The notes beneath the pieces were generated by a model. That model saw nothing but the letters and a program-made list of their open reading frames with translations. It was not told where the DNA came from and did not search any database. The position numbers and the translations under genes are program-made. A stretch of 64,000 nucleotides of DNA from the human T2T-CHM13v2.0 reference genome, Homo sapiens, in assembly GCF_009914755.1 (NCBI RefSeq), contig NC_060926.1. One strand, written 5' to 3'. Of this stretch, positions 1 to 12,979 are shown piece by piece; positions within the stretch are counted from its first letter, which is position 1; the number at the start of each line of letters is the position of its first letter.

Positions 1-99
1 TGGACAGAAGGAATTTTTGGCAGCCGTCTTTGCAGATAGGCTAATACAGTGGACCCTGTGGGTGTGGTTGTCAGTGGTTAACATCCCTCCCATTTGCAA

Positions 100-605
100 A
101 ATATGTTCACTTTCTTTCAAGTCTCACCCAATTATGATATCAAGTGAAAAATCCAGTATCTCATAAATGTCGCTCTTTGAGTGTGCTCCTCTTATTCTGG
201 GAACCTAGGAACTAAAAACACATGTTATCGTCCCACACAAATCCAACATACAATAATGAGACAGAGGATAATCAAGATAGATGCACCCATTCAAAAGGGA
301 AAAATATAGAAAGCATATCACAGTCACTGGTCCATAGCAATTCTGAAATTCAGGAGAGCATATGTTGCCAGTTTCATAGACCCTGAGAAAGAAAATGTTC
401 CTATCTCACATCCAGATCTGCTCTCTGAGAGTGGTTCCCTAATTCATCATTCTCAGCAGCTCTTGGCTCTAGCCTCTGGGCTTTTGGTTCTGCCTCCATT
501 TTATTCTTCTTTTCAGCAAGAAATGGCCCATGATTACAGCCAAGTAGCTTTTTCAGCCTTCTTTTTGTCCATAAAACATTGGAGGTACAGAGGCTTTTAA
601 TGTTA
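100..605. mobile_element. Degenerate MaLR (MLT1-type) LTR/internal fragment, left part
   Basis: Resembles MLT1-family sequence (CAGTCACTGGTCCATAGCAATTCTGAAA...). It appears to resume at ~2240-2700 after two LTR insertions. Boundaries approximate. Confidence 0.45.
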
Positions 606-609
606 AACT

Positions 610-1215
610 TGTAAACCAAACATAAAATTCCAAGCCACCCAACCATCTCAATGGACCCCTCCTCTCAGCCAAGGACATTCCAAAGTTAACCTGAAAAACT
701 AGTTCATGCCATGATGGGAAAAGGGACTCAGACATGCCTCATTATACTCTCCTCCCTTTTGGAATTCAGGCACAGCTGACCAGCATTAACATCAACACTG
801 AGACCTAAAGACTGTTAGAACAGACTCTTTTAAGTCTGATAAGAAACCTTTACAATCTAATGTCTCTGAAGCCTGCTACCTAAAGCTTCATCTGCATGAT
901 AAATTCCCTTTTATTAATTCCAGGTCTTAAGATAATAACTCAACCAATTCCCAATCAGAAAACCTTTGAATCTGCCTGTGACCTGCAAGCCTCCACTTTC
1001 AGTAGTCCTGCTTCTCTGGACTGAGCTAATATTCATCTTACATGTATCGATTGATGTCTTATGTCTCCCTAAATGTATAAAGCCAAGCTGTAGCCTGATC
1101 ACCTTGGGCACATGTCATCAGGACCTTCTGAGGCTGTGTCACAGGCATGTCCTTAACATTGGAAAAATGAACTTCTAAATTGACTGAGGCTTGTCACAGA
1201 TACTTTTAGCTTACA
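610..1215 (+). mobile_element. Solo ERV1-class LTR, MER4 family
   Basis: Begins TGTAAACCAAACATAAAATTCCAAGCC and ends ...GCTTACA (TG..CA termini). A 4-bp target-site duplication AACT lies at 606-609 and 1216-1219. Matches the remembered MER4B/D-like consensus. Confidence 0.85.
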
Positions 1216-1300
1216 AACTGTTTGTAAATGGACAAAACTCCTACAGAAACTTTGTGAGCTTACTTTATGTAGTTCACTTATCTTACGGATATCATGTACA

Positions 1301-2200
1301 TGTGTGAATTGTGATATAATAAGAAATATGTATTTTGATCTTCATCACTGGCTTCTGGACAGAGCTCCTAAAATCCTTGTAATTCCCAAGAGATAAAAGC
1401 AAAAATTGAATTTTTTGTTGTTGTTGTTATAGTATTAGTCTTTTGTCCCTAGCTCCTGAAACAACTCAGAAAGATAAAGGAAAAAGGCGCATCTTTTGTT
1501 ATTCAAAACATCCCTTTCAACCACACCTGAGTTTATGATAATGAGGTGACTTTCAGAAGCCCCCTAAGGATCAGGGGACTAGTTGCCAGGGAAGCTCACC
1601 CTGTGATTACAGAGTTGGAACTTTTAGCTTCACCCCCAATGTTGAGGGAGGGGAAAGGGGCTGGAGGTTAAGTTAATCACCAATGCCAGTATTTCATGAA
1701 TCATTCCTACTTGATAAAGCTCCATAAAAGCCCTAAATGAAGGAGTTCTGAGAGCTTCTGGGTTGGTGAACACATGGAGGTGCTGAGAGAGTTGTGCTCC
1801 ATGCCTCTCCCCCATTTTTCACCCTATGAATCTATTCCATTTGGCTGTTTCTGAGTTATATCCTTTATAATAAATTGGTAACCATAAGTAAATGTTTCCC
1901 AGAGTTTTGTGAGCCATTCTAGCAAATTATTGAAAGAAAGAGGGGTTTCCTCCAATGTATAGCTCGTCCTTCAGAAGTAAATGAAGTTGAGACTTGTGAT
2001 TGACATCTAAAGTGGGGGGTAGTCTTTTGGGGCTAAGCCTTTAATCTGCGGGTCTGCACTGACTCTGGGCAGTTGTGTGAGAATCGAGTTGAATTGTAGG
2101 ACATCCAGGAAGTGTCCAGCAAGAACTAAAGAATTGCTTAGTGTGTGAAAAACTCCACATTTGTTGTCAGAAGGGTTATATGAAAGAACGGAAGGAAAAA
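1301..2200 (+). mobile_element. MER21-family LTR
   Basis: Start TGTGATATAATAAGAAATATGTATTTTG...AGAGCTCCTAAAATCCTTG and internal TCCTTTATAATAAATTGGTAA are typical of MER21B/C. Confidence 0.75.
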
Positions 2201-4621
2201 CAGGGTTTTTTTTCTTTTTAATATGATATATATGATATGTAACAGATATGTATATAAAGTATCATATTATGCAAAAGCAATTCCCTCAAATTTTTTTGAG
2301 ACTGGCCTCTCTCAACTTTGGGTCCAAGTCAGGTTATTGTGGTATATGCTCCTAATATGCTTAGAAGCACTTTTGTCCAGGTGAGCTGTGCCTTCTAGCC
2401 ACACTCTTGATTGAGGCTTGCCCTTATGACATGTTTAATTGGAAGTACCCTACTTTTCATCTTTGCTTTGGGGCTAATTTCTTGCTATCAGAATAATTTT
2501 CCAGCCAGAGAGTCTGCCTGGGACCCCCTATAGTTCTTCTAAATTATGCTCGCTTATCTCTCCCTTGTAAAACCCTATCTCATATAGTTAAGAGAAGCCA
2601 ATTAGCCTTACAATATTCTGCCAAAAATCTCCTTACCCAGATCTACAAGTTCGTTAGGTATTTTTTCTATCTTCCAACTTACTGCAGAATTGTTCAGGAC
2701 CATCCTTGCCCATGTACCAGATGGATCAACTCTGCTTTTCTGAGCCCCATGGTGTTTCACTTCAACGTCTCTCTTACCAGTGCTTTCACTTCTGTTGTCC
2801 AAATGCCATAAAACACTACCACTGCTAAGTATTGGCCATTGAGAAAATGCTGAAAAATTAGATGGATTAAGACCACTACAAACTACTATAATATCATGGT
2901 CTCTGAATTTGCTTGGCCCTAAGCCCTGCTGCCCTATTATTGATGAGTCTTGATGAAACTTTCTCTTTCTATCCTTAGAGACATTATTCTAAACCTTCAG
3001 TGTTCTCCTTTAACTCCCCTAGTCAGAAGGTCAACATGCCTCCACTGTCACATAACAGGACCTGGTAAGAATAAACTTCTGCTACTCTGTTACCCTTACT
3101 GCTAACATTCTCTCTTTCTACCCTGACTCCTATATCTGGATATAAGTCCTTCCAGTTTAATGTAATTCTGTACCTATGTTACAGGTCTTCTACCCTCCAC
3201 TCTACCCAACACCTTCCTCAATTTCGTCTTCACTATGTCCAGGGTTTTCTCCATCTTAGTGTATAAAAATGAGCAAGCAACAACAAAATCAAAGCCTCTC
3301 TTGTATCAGGCAATTCTTGTGTGTGACCAAAAACCCATCTCAAACCAGCTTAAGTTAATAAAACCTACTTAGAGGCGTAGGGATGGCTTATGGAAAGACT
3401 TAATCCACAGTTCAAATAATATAATGCAAAAAACAATTCCCCTTTCTTTCTTCACTCTGCTTTCTACTGGGTGAGAATCATCCTCTGCTCCCCGTCTATC
3501 TTTCTACCCTACTCTAATTCTCCCCTCCAAGTACTGAAATGCTGCCACATTCCAGACCTCTAATCCACACACATACCACATTTGTCACAAGAAAGGCACA
3601 TGTCTCTGTTGATATTTCTTACATAAAAAGGATGTTTCTCTATTCCAATAAAGTCTTCTTGCATAACATTTTGTCTTAATAAGTTAGCATTTTTATCAGT
3701 CAGCAGAGGCAGAGTTATGATGTGGTTTTTAAATTTTTTCAGTGGCTTAAAAAAATAAAATTTTATTCCTTACTGATGTTCACCTGACTAAAGGTGGGCA
3801 CAAAATGAAAAAGAAAGCAAGCATAAGAAATGAAAGTACCAACTATCCCAAAACAAACAGACCAATCAAGATTAAAAACAAGACAGATCCCCAGATCTAC
3901 ATAAAACCAAAACTTATAATGAAATACATTCAGATGAAATACACACTAACTTGTATTTAGAGCAATCAAAATAGACAAATAATCAGATGAAAGCCCCATA
4001 TAACTAAAGGTGAAGTCTTAGCCTCTTAAGCTCACCAGAAGAGTACTGGCTCAAGGTCCTATAAAACCCAAAAATAGAGACAGAATTTTTAGAAGTCATG
4101 GCACTTAAATTCATTTGGACTAGAATTTTTTTAAAATTATGTACTTTAAAATATGAACTTGTGTGTTAAATGAGTGTCTATGAAATCGGGAAAGTGCTAC
4201 ATTTGTTCTTTCAAAAGCTCTATTAATATATATGCTAATCCACAAATCAAATAAATATGACATTTTCTTCACATGAAGAATACATAATAGCTGATATTTG
4301 ATAATTTTTTGTGAGTTCAAAGCTGAGACTTTAAAAAAATTACCCATAGTTTATTGGCTAGGCCCATTCACACTTCACTAAATGTAGATGTCAGTTTAAG
4401 TCATTCACATGAATAATAAACAATAAAACTTTTATATAATTCAGATGTTTATTAAACAGCTGTTTTTTGTCAGCTTGTTTAAATGTCAAACCCGATACCA
4501 ACTACGTATACTGGTTGTTATATACTGTATCATTAAAAGTTTAAGAAGACATTTTCAGAAGAATTTAAATGAACTCTCCTATACTTATATATATTTAACA
4601 TCAATTCATTAGAGATTTTAG

Positions 4622-5112
4622 TGTACCTATCAGTTTCCTAGGGCTGCCATAACAAATCACCAGCAACTGGGTAGCTTAAGACAACAGAAATGTATTATAT
4701 TACAGTTCTGGAGACAAGAAGTTTAAAATCAAGGTGTCAGCAGGGTTGATTCCTTCTTAGGGATTCAGAAGGAGAAGCTGAGAATTCCTGTCTCTTTCCC
4801 AGCTTCTGATGTGGGCCCCAAATCCTTGGGGCCCCTTGATTTGTAGACACATCACTCCAGTCTCTGTCTTTGCCTTCACATGCCATTCTTCCTGTATGCT
4901 GTGTGTCTGTGTGTTCTGTCTGCTTCTTATCAGGACATCAGTGATTGGATTTAGGGCCCACCGTAATCCAGCATGAACTTGTATCAATTTACATCTTATA
5001 TCTTAATTAAATCTGGAAAGACAATATTTCAAATGAGGCCACATTTTGAGGTTCTGGATGGACATAAATTTGGGAGAGAGGTGGGCAAGGGAAGGGGATA
5101 CTACTCAACCAA
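4622..5112 (-). mobile_element. MLT1C/D-like MaLR LTR
   Basis: CAGTTTCCTAGGGCTGCCATAACAAATCACCA...AAATCAAGGTGTCAGCAGGG...GGATTTAGGGCCCACC is characteristic of MLT1 (reverse orientation). Confidence 0.8.
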
Positions 5113-5128
5113 GTATAGCATATGTGTG

Positions 5129-5184
5129 CACACACACACACACACACACACACACACCATATATACACATATATATATATATAT
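5129..5184. repeat. Compound microsatellite (CA)14 followed by a (TA)n tract
   Basis: Directly visible dinucleotide repeats. Confidence 0.95.
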
Positions 5185-5540
5185 GTTTTCCCTTGACAAT
5201 ATGTTTTAATATAAATGCACCAGTAGTTAATTAGACAAAAAATAAAACCTGGGAAGCAAAGATCTCTTCGCTTAATATTTTTAATATGCCAGTCAGAATC
5301 AAAGAATCATTAATTTATTTATCCAAAAATCTTATGTTATTTTAAGGTATCTAAACAAGTAGCCTTGCCTCTATTAACAAAGAAATTCTTCTAGTAAAGA
5401 AATATTGTGATAAATATCACTACTTAGGTTTAGTTATAATTTATATCCATTTGTACTATCATTTATTATGTATTTAGGCACTGGCTAGAATAAAGATTAT
5501 TCAGTTAACAAACAATGACAAGTGATGTTATCTCAAATCA

Positions 5541-5834
5541 TTTTTTTTTTGAGACAGGGTCTCACTTTGTCACCCAGGCTGGAGTACAGTGGTACAATCA
5601 CGTCTCACTGCAGCCTTGACCTCCCCAGGCTCAGGTGATCCTCCCACCTGAGCCTCCCGAGTAGCTGGGACTATAGATGCATGCCATCATGCACCACTAG
5701 TTTTTGTATTTTTTGTAGACACGAGGTTTCACCATATTGCCCAGACTGGTCTTGAACTCCTAGGCTCAAACTATCCACCCCCATTGGCCTCTCAAAAGTG
5801 CTGGGATTACAGGTGTGAGCCACTGCACCCAACC
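5541..5834 (-). mobile_element. Alu (AluJ-like)
   Basis: Poly-T, then GAGACAGGGTCTCACT...GGTGATCCTCCCACC...GTGAGCCACTGCACCC; dimeric Alu in reverse. Confidence 0.93.
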
Positions 5835-8800
5835 ACCGAATTTTCTTTTTAGAACACTCTATTATCCTCTTTCTGCTTTGATGTTAACATTACTTAGTCA
5901 CGTACCTGCTATGAATAAACAAGCACTACAATTGTTAGTGACACCAGTGGAAAGGGATTAACAGTTCTCTTAAGCATTGCAATACCCCTTCATTGACGTC
6001 ACCAAAAGTGATGGTGATCTCTTAACTGACACCATTGAGCGCGAACACTAAAAAGATAGTATTGATGTGCTAAGTTTATACACTGAACCCTTCAAAATAG
6101 AAATTATGAGCTACAGTAATTTTACATAACACTAAAAATAGAACAAGTGCAATTACTGAAAGAATAATGAACAGAAAGGAAAAAATAATATGCATTGAAA
6201 TACATGGTCTGGAAAAAGCCTATAATAGTTTTTCTTTTATTCCAATTCCAGATTATATTTAACCAATTGATATCAATAAAAAGAAACAATGACAGACAAC
6301 TCATGATCCTCAAAAAGGAAGTGGGGGGAGTTTGGTGCCATGCAATATAATAAGAAATTAGTTTCAATTGTTTTCTTTTTATAGAATTAATGTTTATAAC
6401 ACTTGCTGGACTGAAAATAATTTGTGGTCCTCTCCATTCTCAACTGATTTGACTTATAGCATAGTGGTTAAGGCAACAGGCTTTAGCATCACATTAGTGC
6501 TCTTCAGTTCCCTTGGAAAGTTAATATTTATTGAGGATCCTCTAGGTCTTCTAAGCACCAGAGGAACAGCAACACACAGAAGAGACAACTTTGTCTCTGT
6601 TTCTCAGGTGCTCAGAAGACCTAGAGATAGATAGTTTAAAATTAAGCTATACAAGTAAATACATAAGATAACATTTGATAGGCAAATGCTCTGGAAAGAG
6701 GGAGGGGCAATACAGTGATTTTGGTGGAGTTGAAGTCAGTTGCTATTTTAAATGGGAATCAGTAAAAGCTTCTTTGAGGAAGTGGCAATGAAAGAAAAAC
6801 CTGAATGAAGAAAGGAAGACAGGAATGCAAATATCTAGGTATCTCAACTTCCTGAAGTTTCCCCATCTATAAATAAGGCAGGAGGGTGCTTTGATGATGA
6901 AATATGAAAGTGAATGAAAAGCACTTAGCAGTGGGCTAGTGTGTGAAGCCATCTCTCTGGTTGGCTGTCCTTAGACATGAAAGTGTAAAGCAGGTTAGCT
7001 TTTGATCTTGTTAAAAGAAAAGTCAGTTACCAAATTACTTCATATATGCTAGATTGAACTTACTCTATCTCTCCATATCATTTCACAATTGGATCCATCT
7101 CTTAGAATTGTGGATCTGTAGAGATGGTTATTGTCACCATCCATCTACCTCTAAATTAACTGGGCAAATAACATAATAATGCTTAGATGGCCAAATCCAC
7201 ATTTAATGTATCTGAAGATTTAATCCAGCATTAACATAATACTCTGCATTTTAAAATTAGCAATTTCTCCTGAAGTCCCCAGAGACTGTGGCCCTGTCTT
7301 GTCAATGCCACTAGTTTGGCTGCACAGTTAATTCCATCAGAGCCACTGGACCAAGCCTTAGTGTATGTGAAGAGAGTCCATGAGTCAATTGCCAGCACAG
7401 AATTCTTCCTGTCATAGGAAGGCAGATGATCTCAACTTTTGAGTGCATACAGTGCAGATTTCTAGTTGAATGGTTCTTGACAATAGTGTCCTCTGAAACA
7501 TAATGGCTGGCCAGGAGCCAATGATTATGCCACCATACAAATCACTGTGCATCTGACGCCAGAACGCCTCTTTGCAATGGTAACAACAAGAGTTCTCAGT
7601 CCTGGTGTTCCACAAGATGTTGCATTGGCTCTTTTATTCTTCATCAGACCCTGGAATTAAATATTTTATTTAGATGATTTTCAGGAAATAAGTGGTGTTA
7701 GAGAGAGAGAAAAGGAGAAGTGAGGAGGTTTTTGTGTAGTTTAAGAAGCAGTTTTGCTATTTTACATTTCCCATTAGGAGAAAATTAGCCAATATTTTGA
7801 AACCTAGTTTTATTAATTGCTTAATAGGTATTTTCACTTTAAATTTCTTGTATAATTATAGAACTAAAACAGCTTGATTCAAACTGTTAGCTAATGATCC
7901 ATATATCATTTTAGTAATTGCTAGCTTCTTTCAGAAAATGCATTAATTTTGTAAGAATGTAAGGACTTTCAAATGTAAAAACAGAGAGATTTTAAGATAA
8001 ATTAGAACACAAAATTTATTTCAAATGGTATTTTACTGTAACATATTATAAACCTAAAATTAGTAGAACACTCTTGATATTATAATCTTTCATTTTAATT
8101 TATATATAATTGTTTTAATGATTAAAAGTAGATAGATCATACTATATAGCTGCAATTGGTTATATAAAGTAAAATATGTTATGTGAAGTGTTCCTATTCA
8201 ATAGTAATTATGCATGTTACAATATTTAGCCCAATTTCATCTTTATGAAATTTCCCCCTGATTTTACATACCAGCTTTTTCTAGAAATAACTATTCATAG
8301 GATTTTCACATTAAACAAGTATACCTAAGCATCTTATTTGATAGGAATAGTCGTGGCTCAAGATGAAGAAACAGATAGAATCCCAAATATTATTCATGAC
8401 AAGCATTAAACAGCAAAACTAAACGAAATATTTTTTCCAGTGAAGCCAAACTTGCCAGCATTTTTTTTTGGTTGGTTTTCATTTAGTAAAATATGTTCTT
8501 TTCTTACAAACTGGGTATAAGCATTAGCCAATTACAAAAACTGTAAGAGTCTCTTTTAAATATGGGTAGGAATTCATAAAAGAAGATAATTTAAAATGTT
8601 TCTTATGGTTTGAAAATGCCTTCCAAATATTCATTAAACATTTAAGTGAGTAAATTTGTAGAATATGTTTCTGACATTGGCACTGGTTCTGTGGTATTTC
8701 TCTGATCAGATGGAAGTGCTATGTGTTATGCAGAGTGCATGCAGTTCATTCATGCATAAACAATATCATTTTCATAAATTAAATCCTCCCCTGCAGAAGG

Positions 8801-10585
8801 AACATCTGTGCCTGCCTTTGAATAAAAGATGGTGGCATGTGAGTTACTCCTTGACTGACTGAAAGAATCCCTATGTTTTAGAATGAAGTTGTATTGGCAA
8901 AATGGGAAGAAAAAAAAAAAAAACCTAACTTTTAGTCTTCATTTCTACCTTACAAAAGAACACAGTCTAGATTTCCCTGTTTGCTATTTTGGAAGCTGGA
9001 ATTCTCAAAATGGCATTCTTTTATTTCTTCTCTTCACTACAGCAACAGATTTTAGTTTGCATGAAGATGTCTAATTTTAATTGCAGGTGAAATTGAGCTA
9101 CTTAATAGGTTAGATCAGATCTGAATGCTCACTTCATTACCTCCTACACTGGAAGGCTGGTAGTATTCAAGTATCATATCAGTATTATGTCTCTTAAAGT
9201 AAGAACAGTGAGAACAATCCAGGATATAGAAAGCAACAGCTTGATTCCAAAATAACAACTCTGATTCACTTGGAATGAGATTGCTGCATTTTAGATAAAG
9301 TTGGGACTAACTTAAAAGTATTTCTGTCATGTGATGAAGGCTGATAGAAAACATGTTAAAATAATATATTTTAAATTGCTCTCAAACATTTTTTTAACGT
9401 CGAAGTATTCCTTACTGCTTCTGTCACAGCTTGACGCAGCCTCATTGGCAATGTTATTAGTATGGCTAATTGTTCCTGTCCATTACATTACTCACATTTT
9501 TCTGGAGCAGCTTGCTAAATGAGGTCAGCTTTCTGGAACCCCTAAATCACCAATGAGAAGGAGATTAAAGGAACAAGCTTGGGAAGGGGGGTAGTCATCC
9601 AATGTGGCACCCGAATCAGAGTAGAAACAATGGAGTTACTAATGACAGTAATCAGAGCACCACAGTAGAGCCAGGGCACAAGTGCCAAAATGATATTCCC
9701 TAGGAATCATGACTGTCAGTCAATACATCCAGAGGAAAAGAAATGCCAAACTGTTTTTTTTTTTTTGAAGTGGACTTAACAATAGACAGAATCATCCATA
9801 AGTTTTTCCAGTGAGTTGTGTTCATGAAACAACAGAATAGTGCCCCAAAGGGTGGGGGGAGGAAATAATTACACCTTCCTAAATACAGTACAAATAGTGT
9901 GTTCTTCAGTACAAATAATCCATTATGCTTTTTCTTGGAAAAATGATGGAAATCATCACAAGATGTTAATAGAACAATTATAAAATGTTACTTCTCTTGG
10001 ATTCTTTAAATTAATTAACTCATTTCCCTTTGGTACTTCCTAAAGGTGTATAAATTTTTCTGGGACAGTACTAGTTTGCAAGATAAAACTGTTTAGTTCA
10101 GAAAAATGTACAGATAACAGAAGACCAAGAAAATAGTAATGTTTTATACATCTTAAATGTATAGACAAACTAAGCTAGGATACTTGTTTATGTCTTGCTT
10201 GTTAATAATTATTAAAATCCACCTTTTAAAAAAAGAAATAGAAGAAAACATGTAACAATCATTTTTAAAAATGGAAATAAAAAACCTAAAGGCTAAGCCA
10301 CTTAAAACAAAGAAAAAAACACACTGTTTGTACTGCCGTCCAGTCCCATATTCCAAATAATGAAATATCAGTTAGGTCTTTTCATTATCTACATAGAACT
10401 GGTGACTCCCTGTGCAAGATAAACAGACAAGAGCATATGCCAAGGTAAACTTTTTTCTTTTCTTTTATTCTACATATAGTGTTTAGTATTTTTTAACTCA
10501 GCAAAAAAGCAACTACTTTCCCCAAAAATAAAAACAGAATCCCTTTAAGAAGAAATGCAACAATTGCTCTCACTTTCAATACTAT

Positions 10586-10591
10586 TTTATT
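10586..10591 (-). terminator. Candidate main NEUROD1 polyadenylation signal (AATAAA)
   Basis: TTTATT on + strand, followed downstream in mRNA sense by GU/U-rich sequence. Alternative hexamers at 10464-10469, 11046-11051 and 11158-11163. Confidence 0.6.
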
Positions 10592-11212
10592 GCAACTGGA
10601 TGAATGTTTTCTAAATTGTGCATTACACCATAATATACAGGATTACAAACAAAATTACAGTACAGATCGATTCCAGTGGTACCAGCATCACATCTCAAAC
10701 AGCACTTATTCTGGACTGCATTTTACATGCAATAGCTATTGTTCTAATTATGAATTAAATGGTTTGAATTTATTTAAGCTACTGTACTAATTGACTACTA
10801 TAGATATAAATCCCAACATTAACAACCTGATTAGATTTAGGCTCAGATTTATTACATGAATATATGACAAACCACCATTTTTGTGACTATGTATAAAATC
10901 ATGCATTTATATTTTCTGGAAACATCAATAGCTTCAGATTCTCTGTAAAATCATGGAATGCAAAGGAGTAAAAGACTAAAAAGTAACAGTGCAAATTGTA
11001 TGTGATAGTCAAGCAGCTTTTGATTTAAAGAAGGGTATGTTGGCATTTATTTATAATATGTATATACAAGCTTGTGCAAGTAATGTGTTGAATTGATATG
11101 TTTTGATAGGGAATGTATCTCTTAATTTTTTCTTCTCTTGAAAATTATGATTCTGGTTTTTATTTTAGGGAGACGGAAAGACTTTAAAGTGAAATGAATT
11201 GCTCAAATTGTG

Positions 11213-11215
<3 letters not shown>

Positions 11216-11254
<39 letters not shown>
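11216..11254. repeat. T39 homopolymer (A39 in NEUROD1 mRNA)
   Basis: 39 consecutive T counted directly; no Alu or L1 body adjacent. Confidence 0.97.
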
Positions 11255-11258
<4 letters not shown>

Positions 11259-11897
11259 TTGGAGAGGAAAGAAGTGCTAAGGCAACACAATAACTTTCTA
11301 AGCACTTTTCTGCTGGTTTAAATTAGTTAAATTATTTTGTATAAATTAGATATAATTCTACTTTTCTGATATGTATAAAAATTGATGAAGCTGCATGGTT
11401 TTAAAATAGGAAATCCACATTATAAAAAGTCATTAAAAATTCTGTACAAAATCACAACAAAATAATTCAGCATGGGAAAGGTAACAAGTAGTAAAATGCT
11501 GGTTGAAAAATATATATTTATATATATTTTAATTGGCCCATTACTAGTTTAAAAATTGCATAGATCCTAATTATTGCTTGTGATTTTGTTATCCCGATCA
11601 GATAATTAATACGATCTGAATACAGCCACACCAAATTCGTGGTGTATTTTTTAAACTTTACTGTATTTTTTTATTTTTTAAATAGAAGAGCTATAGAAAA
11701 TAATACATAAGGTGAACAGGAACTTTGATCCCCTGTTTCTTCCAAAGGCAGTAATGACAATAAATACATATATCACTTGAAGCTTGGAGTATTTGCACTT
11801 TGCAGCAGTAGTACCCAAAGGGCTGCCTTTTGTAAACACGACAGTCACTGTAAGCACAGTGGGTTCGTTTCCCGGAAATGGTGAAACTGGCGTGCCT

Positions 11898-12968
11898 CTA
11901 ATCATGAAATATGGCATTGAGCTGGGCACTCATGACTCGCTCATGATGTGAATGGCTATCGAAGGACATAATATTGTCTATGGGGATCTCGCAGCGAGGG
12001 GCAGCGGTGCCTGAGAAGATTGATCCGTGGCTTTGGGCCCCTGCCAGTGTCGCTGCAGGATAGTGCATGGTAAAGGCATAATTTTTCTCAAACTCGGCGG
12101 ACGGTTCGTGTTTGAAAGAGAAGTTGCCATTGATGCTGAGCGGCGGGCTGAGGGGTCCATCAAAGGAAGGGCTGGTGCAATCAGTCAGAGGGCTTTCAAA
12201 GAAGGGCTCCAGCGCTGCGCTGTAGGCGTGCGGCGGAGGCTTAACGTGGAAGACATGGGAGCTGTCCATGGTACCGTAAGGCGGACTGGGCAGCCCAGGC
12301 GACTGGTAGGAGTAGGGGTGTACAGGGAAGGAAGCGCTGGCCGTCGGCAGGTGGGGGGGCATGTCCTGGTTCTGCTCAGGCAGAAAAGTCCGAGGATTGA
12401 GTTGCAGGCAGCCCGCAACCAGGTTGGTGGTGGGTTGGGATAAGCCCTTGCAAAGCGTCTGAACGAAGGAGACCAGGTCTGGGCTTTTGCCTGAGCGCAG
12501 GATCTCCGACAGAGCCCAGATGTAGTTCTTGGCCAAGCGCAGAGTCTCGATTTTGGACAGCTTCTGCGTCTTAGAATAGCAAGGCACCACCTTGCGCAGG
12601 TTGTCTAGCGCCGCGTTCAGTCCGTGCATGCGGTTCCGCTCCCGGGCGTTAGCCTTCATGCGTCTCAATTTAAAACGCTCCAGGCGAGCCTTAGTCATCT
12701 TCTTCTTTTTGGGGCCGCGTCTCTTGGGCTTTTGATCGTCATCCTCCTCTTCCTCTTCTTCCTCCTCTTCCAGGTCCTCATCTTCGTCCTCCTCCTCTCC
12801 CCCGTTCCTCAGTGAGTCCTCCTCTGCGTTCATGGTTTCGAGGTCGTCCTCCTTCTTGTCTGCCTCGTGCTCCTCGTCCTGAGAACTGAGACACTCGTCT
12901 GTCCAGCTTGGAGGACCTTGGGGCTGAGGCTCGCCCATCAGCCCACTCTCGCTGTACGATTTGGTCAT
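11898..12968 (-). CDS. NEUROD1: Neurogenic differentiation factor 1 (NeuroD1/BETA2), bHLH transcription factor, 356 aa
   Basis: Translation [15 protein letters not shown]..., acidic tract, basic NLS (KRRGPKKKK), b[60 protein letters not shown]-terminus [11 protein letters not shown]. The ATG at 12968 lies 11 nt inside a splice acceptor. Confidence 0.99.
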   Translation of the reverse strand: MTKSYSESGLMGEPQPQGPPSWTDECLSSQDEEHEADKKEDDLETMNAEEDSLRNGGEEEDEDEDLEEEEEEEEEDDDQKPKRRGPKKKKMTKARLERFKLRRMKANARERNRMHGLNAALDNLRKVVPCYSKTQKLSKIETLRLAKNYIWALSEILRSGKSPDLVSFVQTLCKGLSQPTTNLVAGCLQLNPRTFLPEQNQDMPPHLPTASASFPVHPYSYQSPGLPSPPYGTMDSSHVFHVKPPPHAYSAALEPFFESPLTDCTSPSFDGPLSPPLSINGNFSFKHEPSAEFEKNYAFTMHYPAATLAGAQSHGSIFSGTAAPRCEIPIDNIMSFDSHSHHERVMSAQLNAIFHD

Positions 12969-12979
12969 GTTTCGATTTC

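Larger units (their letters stand above)
10570..11897 (-). other. NEUROD1: NEUROD1 3' UTR (3' end approximate)
   Basis: AT-rich, transposon-free sequence directly after the stop codon, with poly(A) signals and many miRNA seed matches. Confidence 0.75.
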
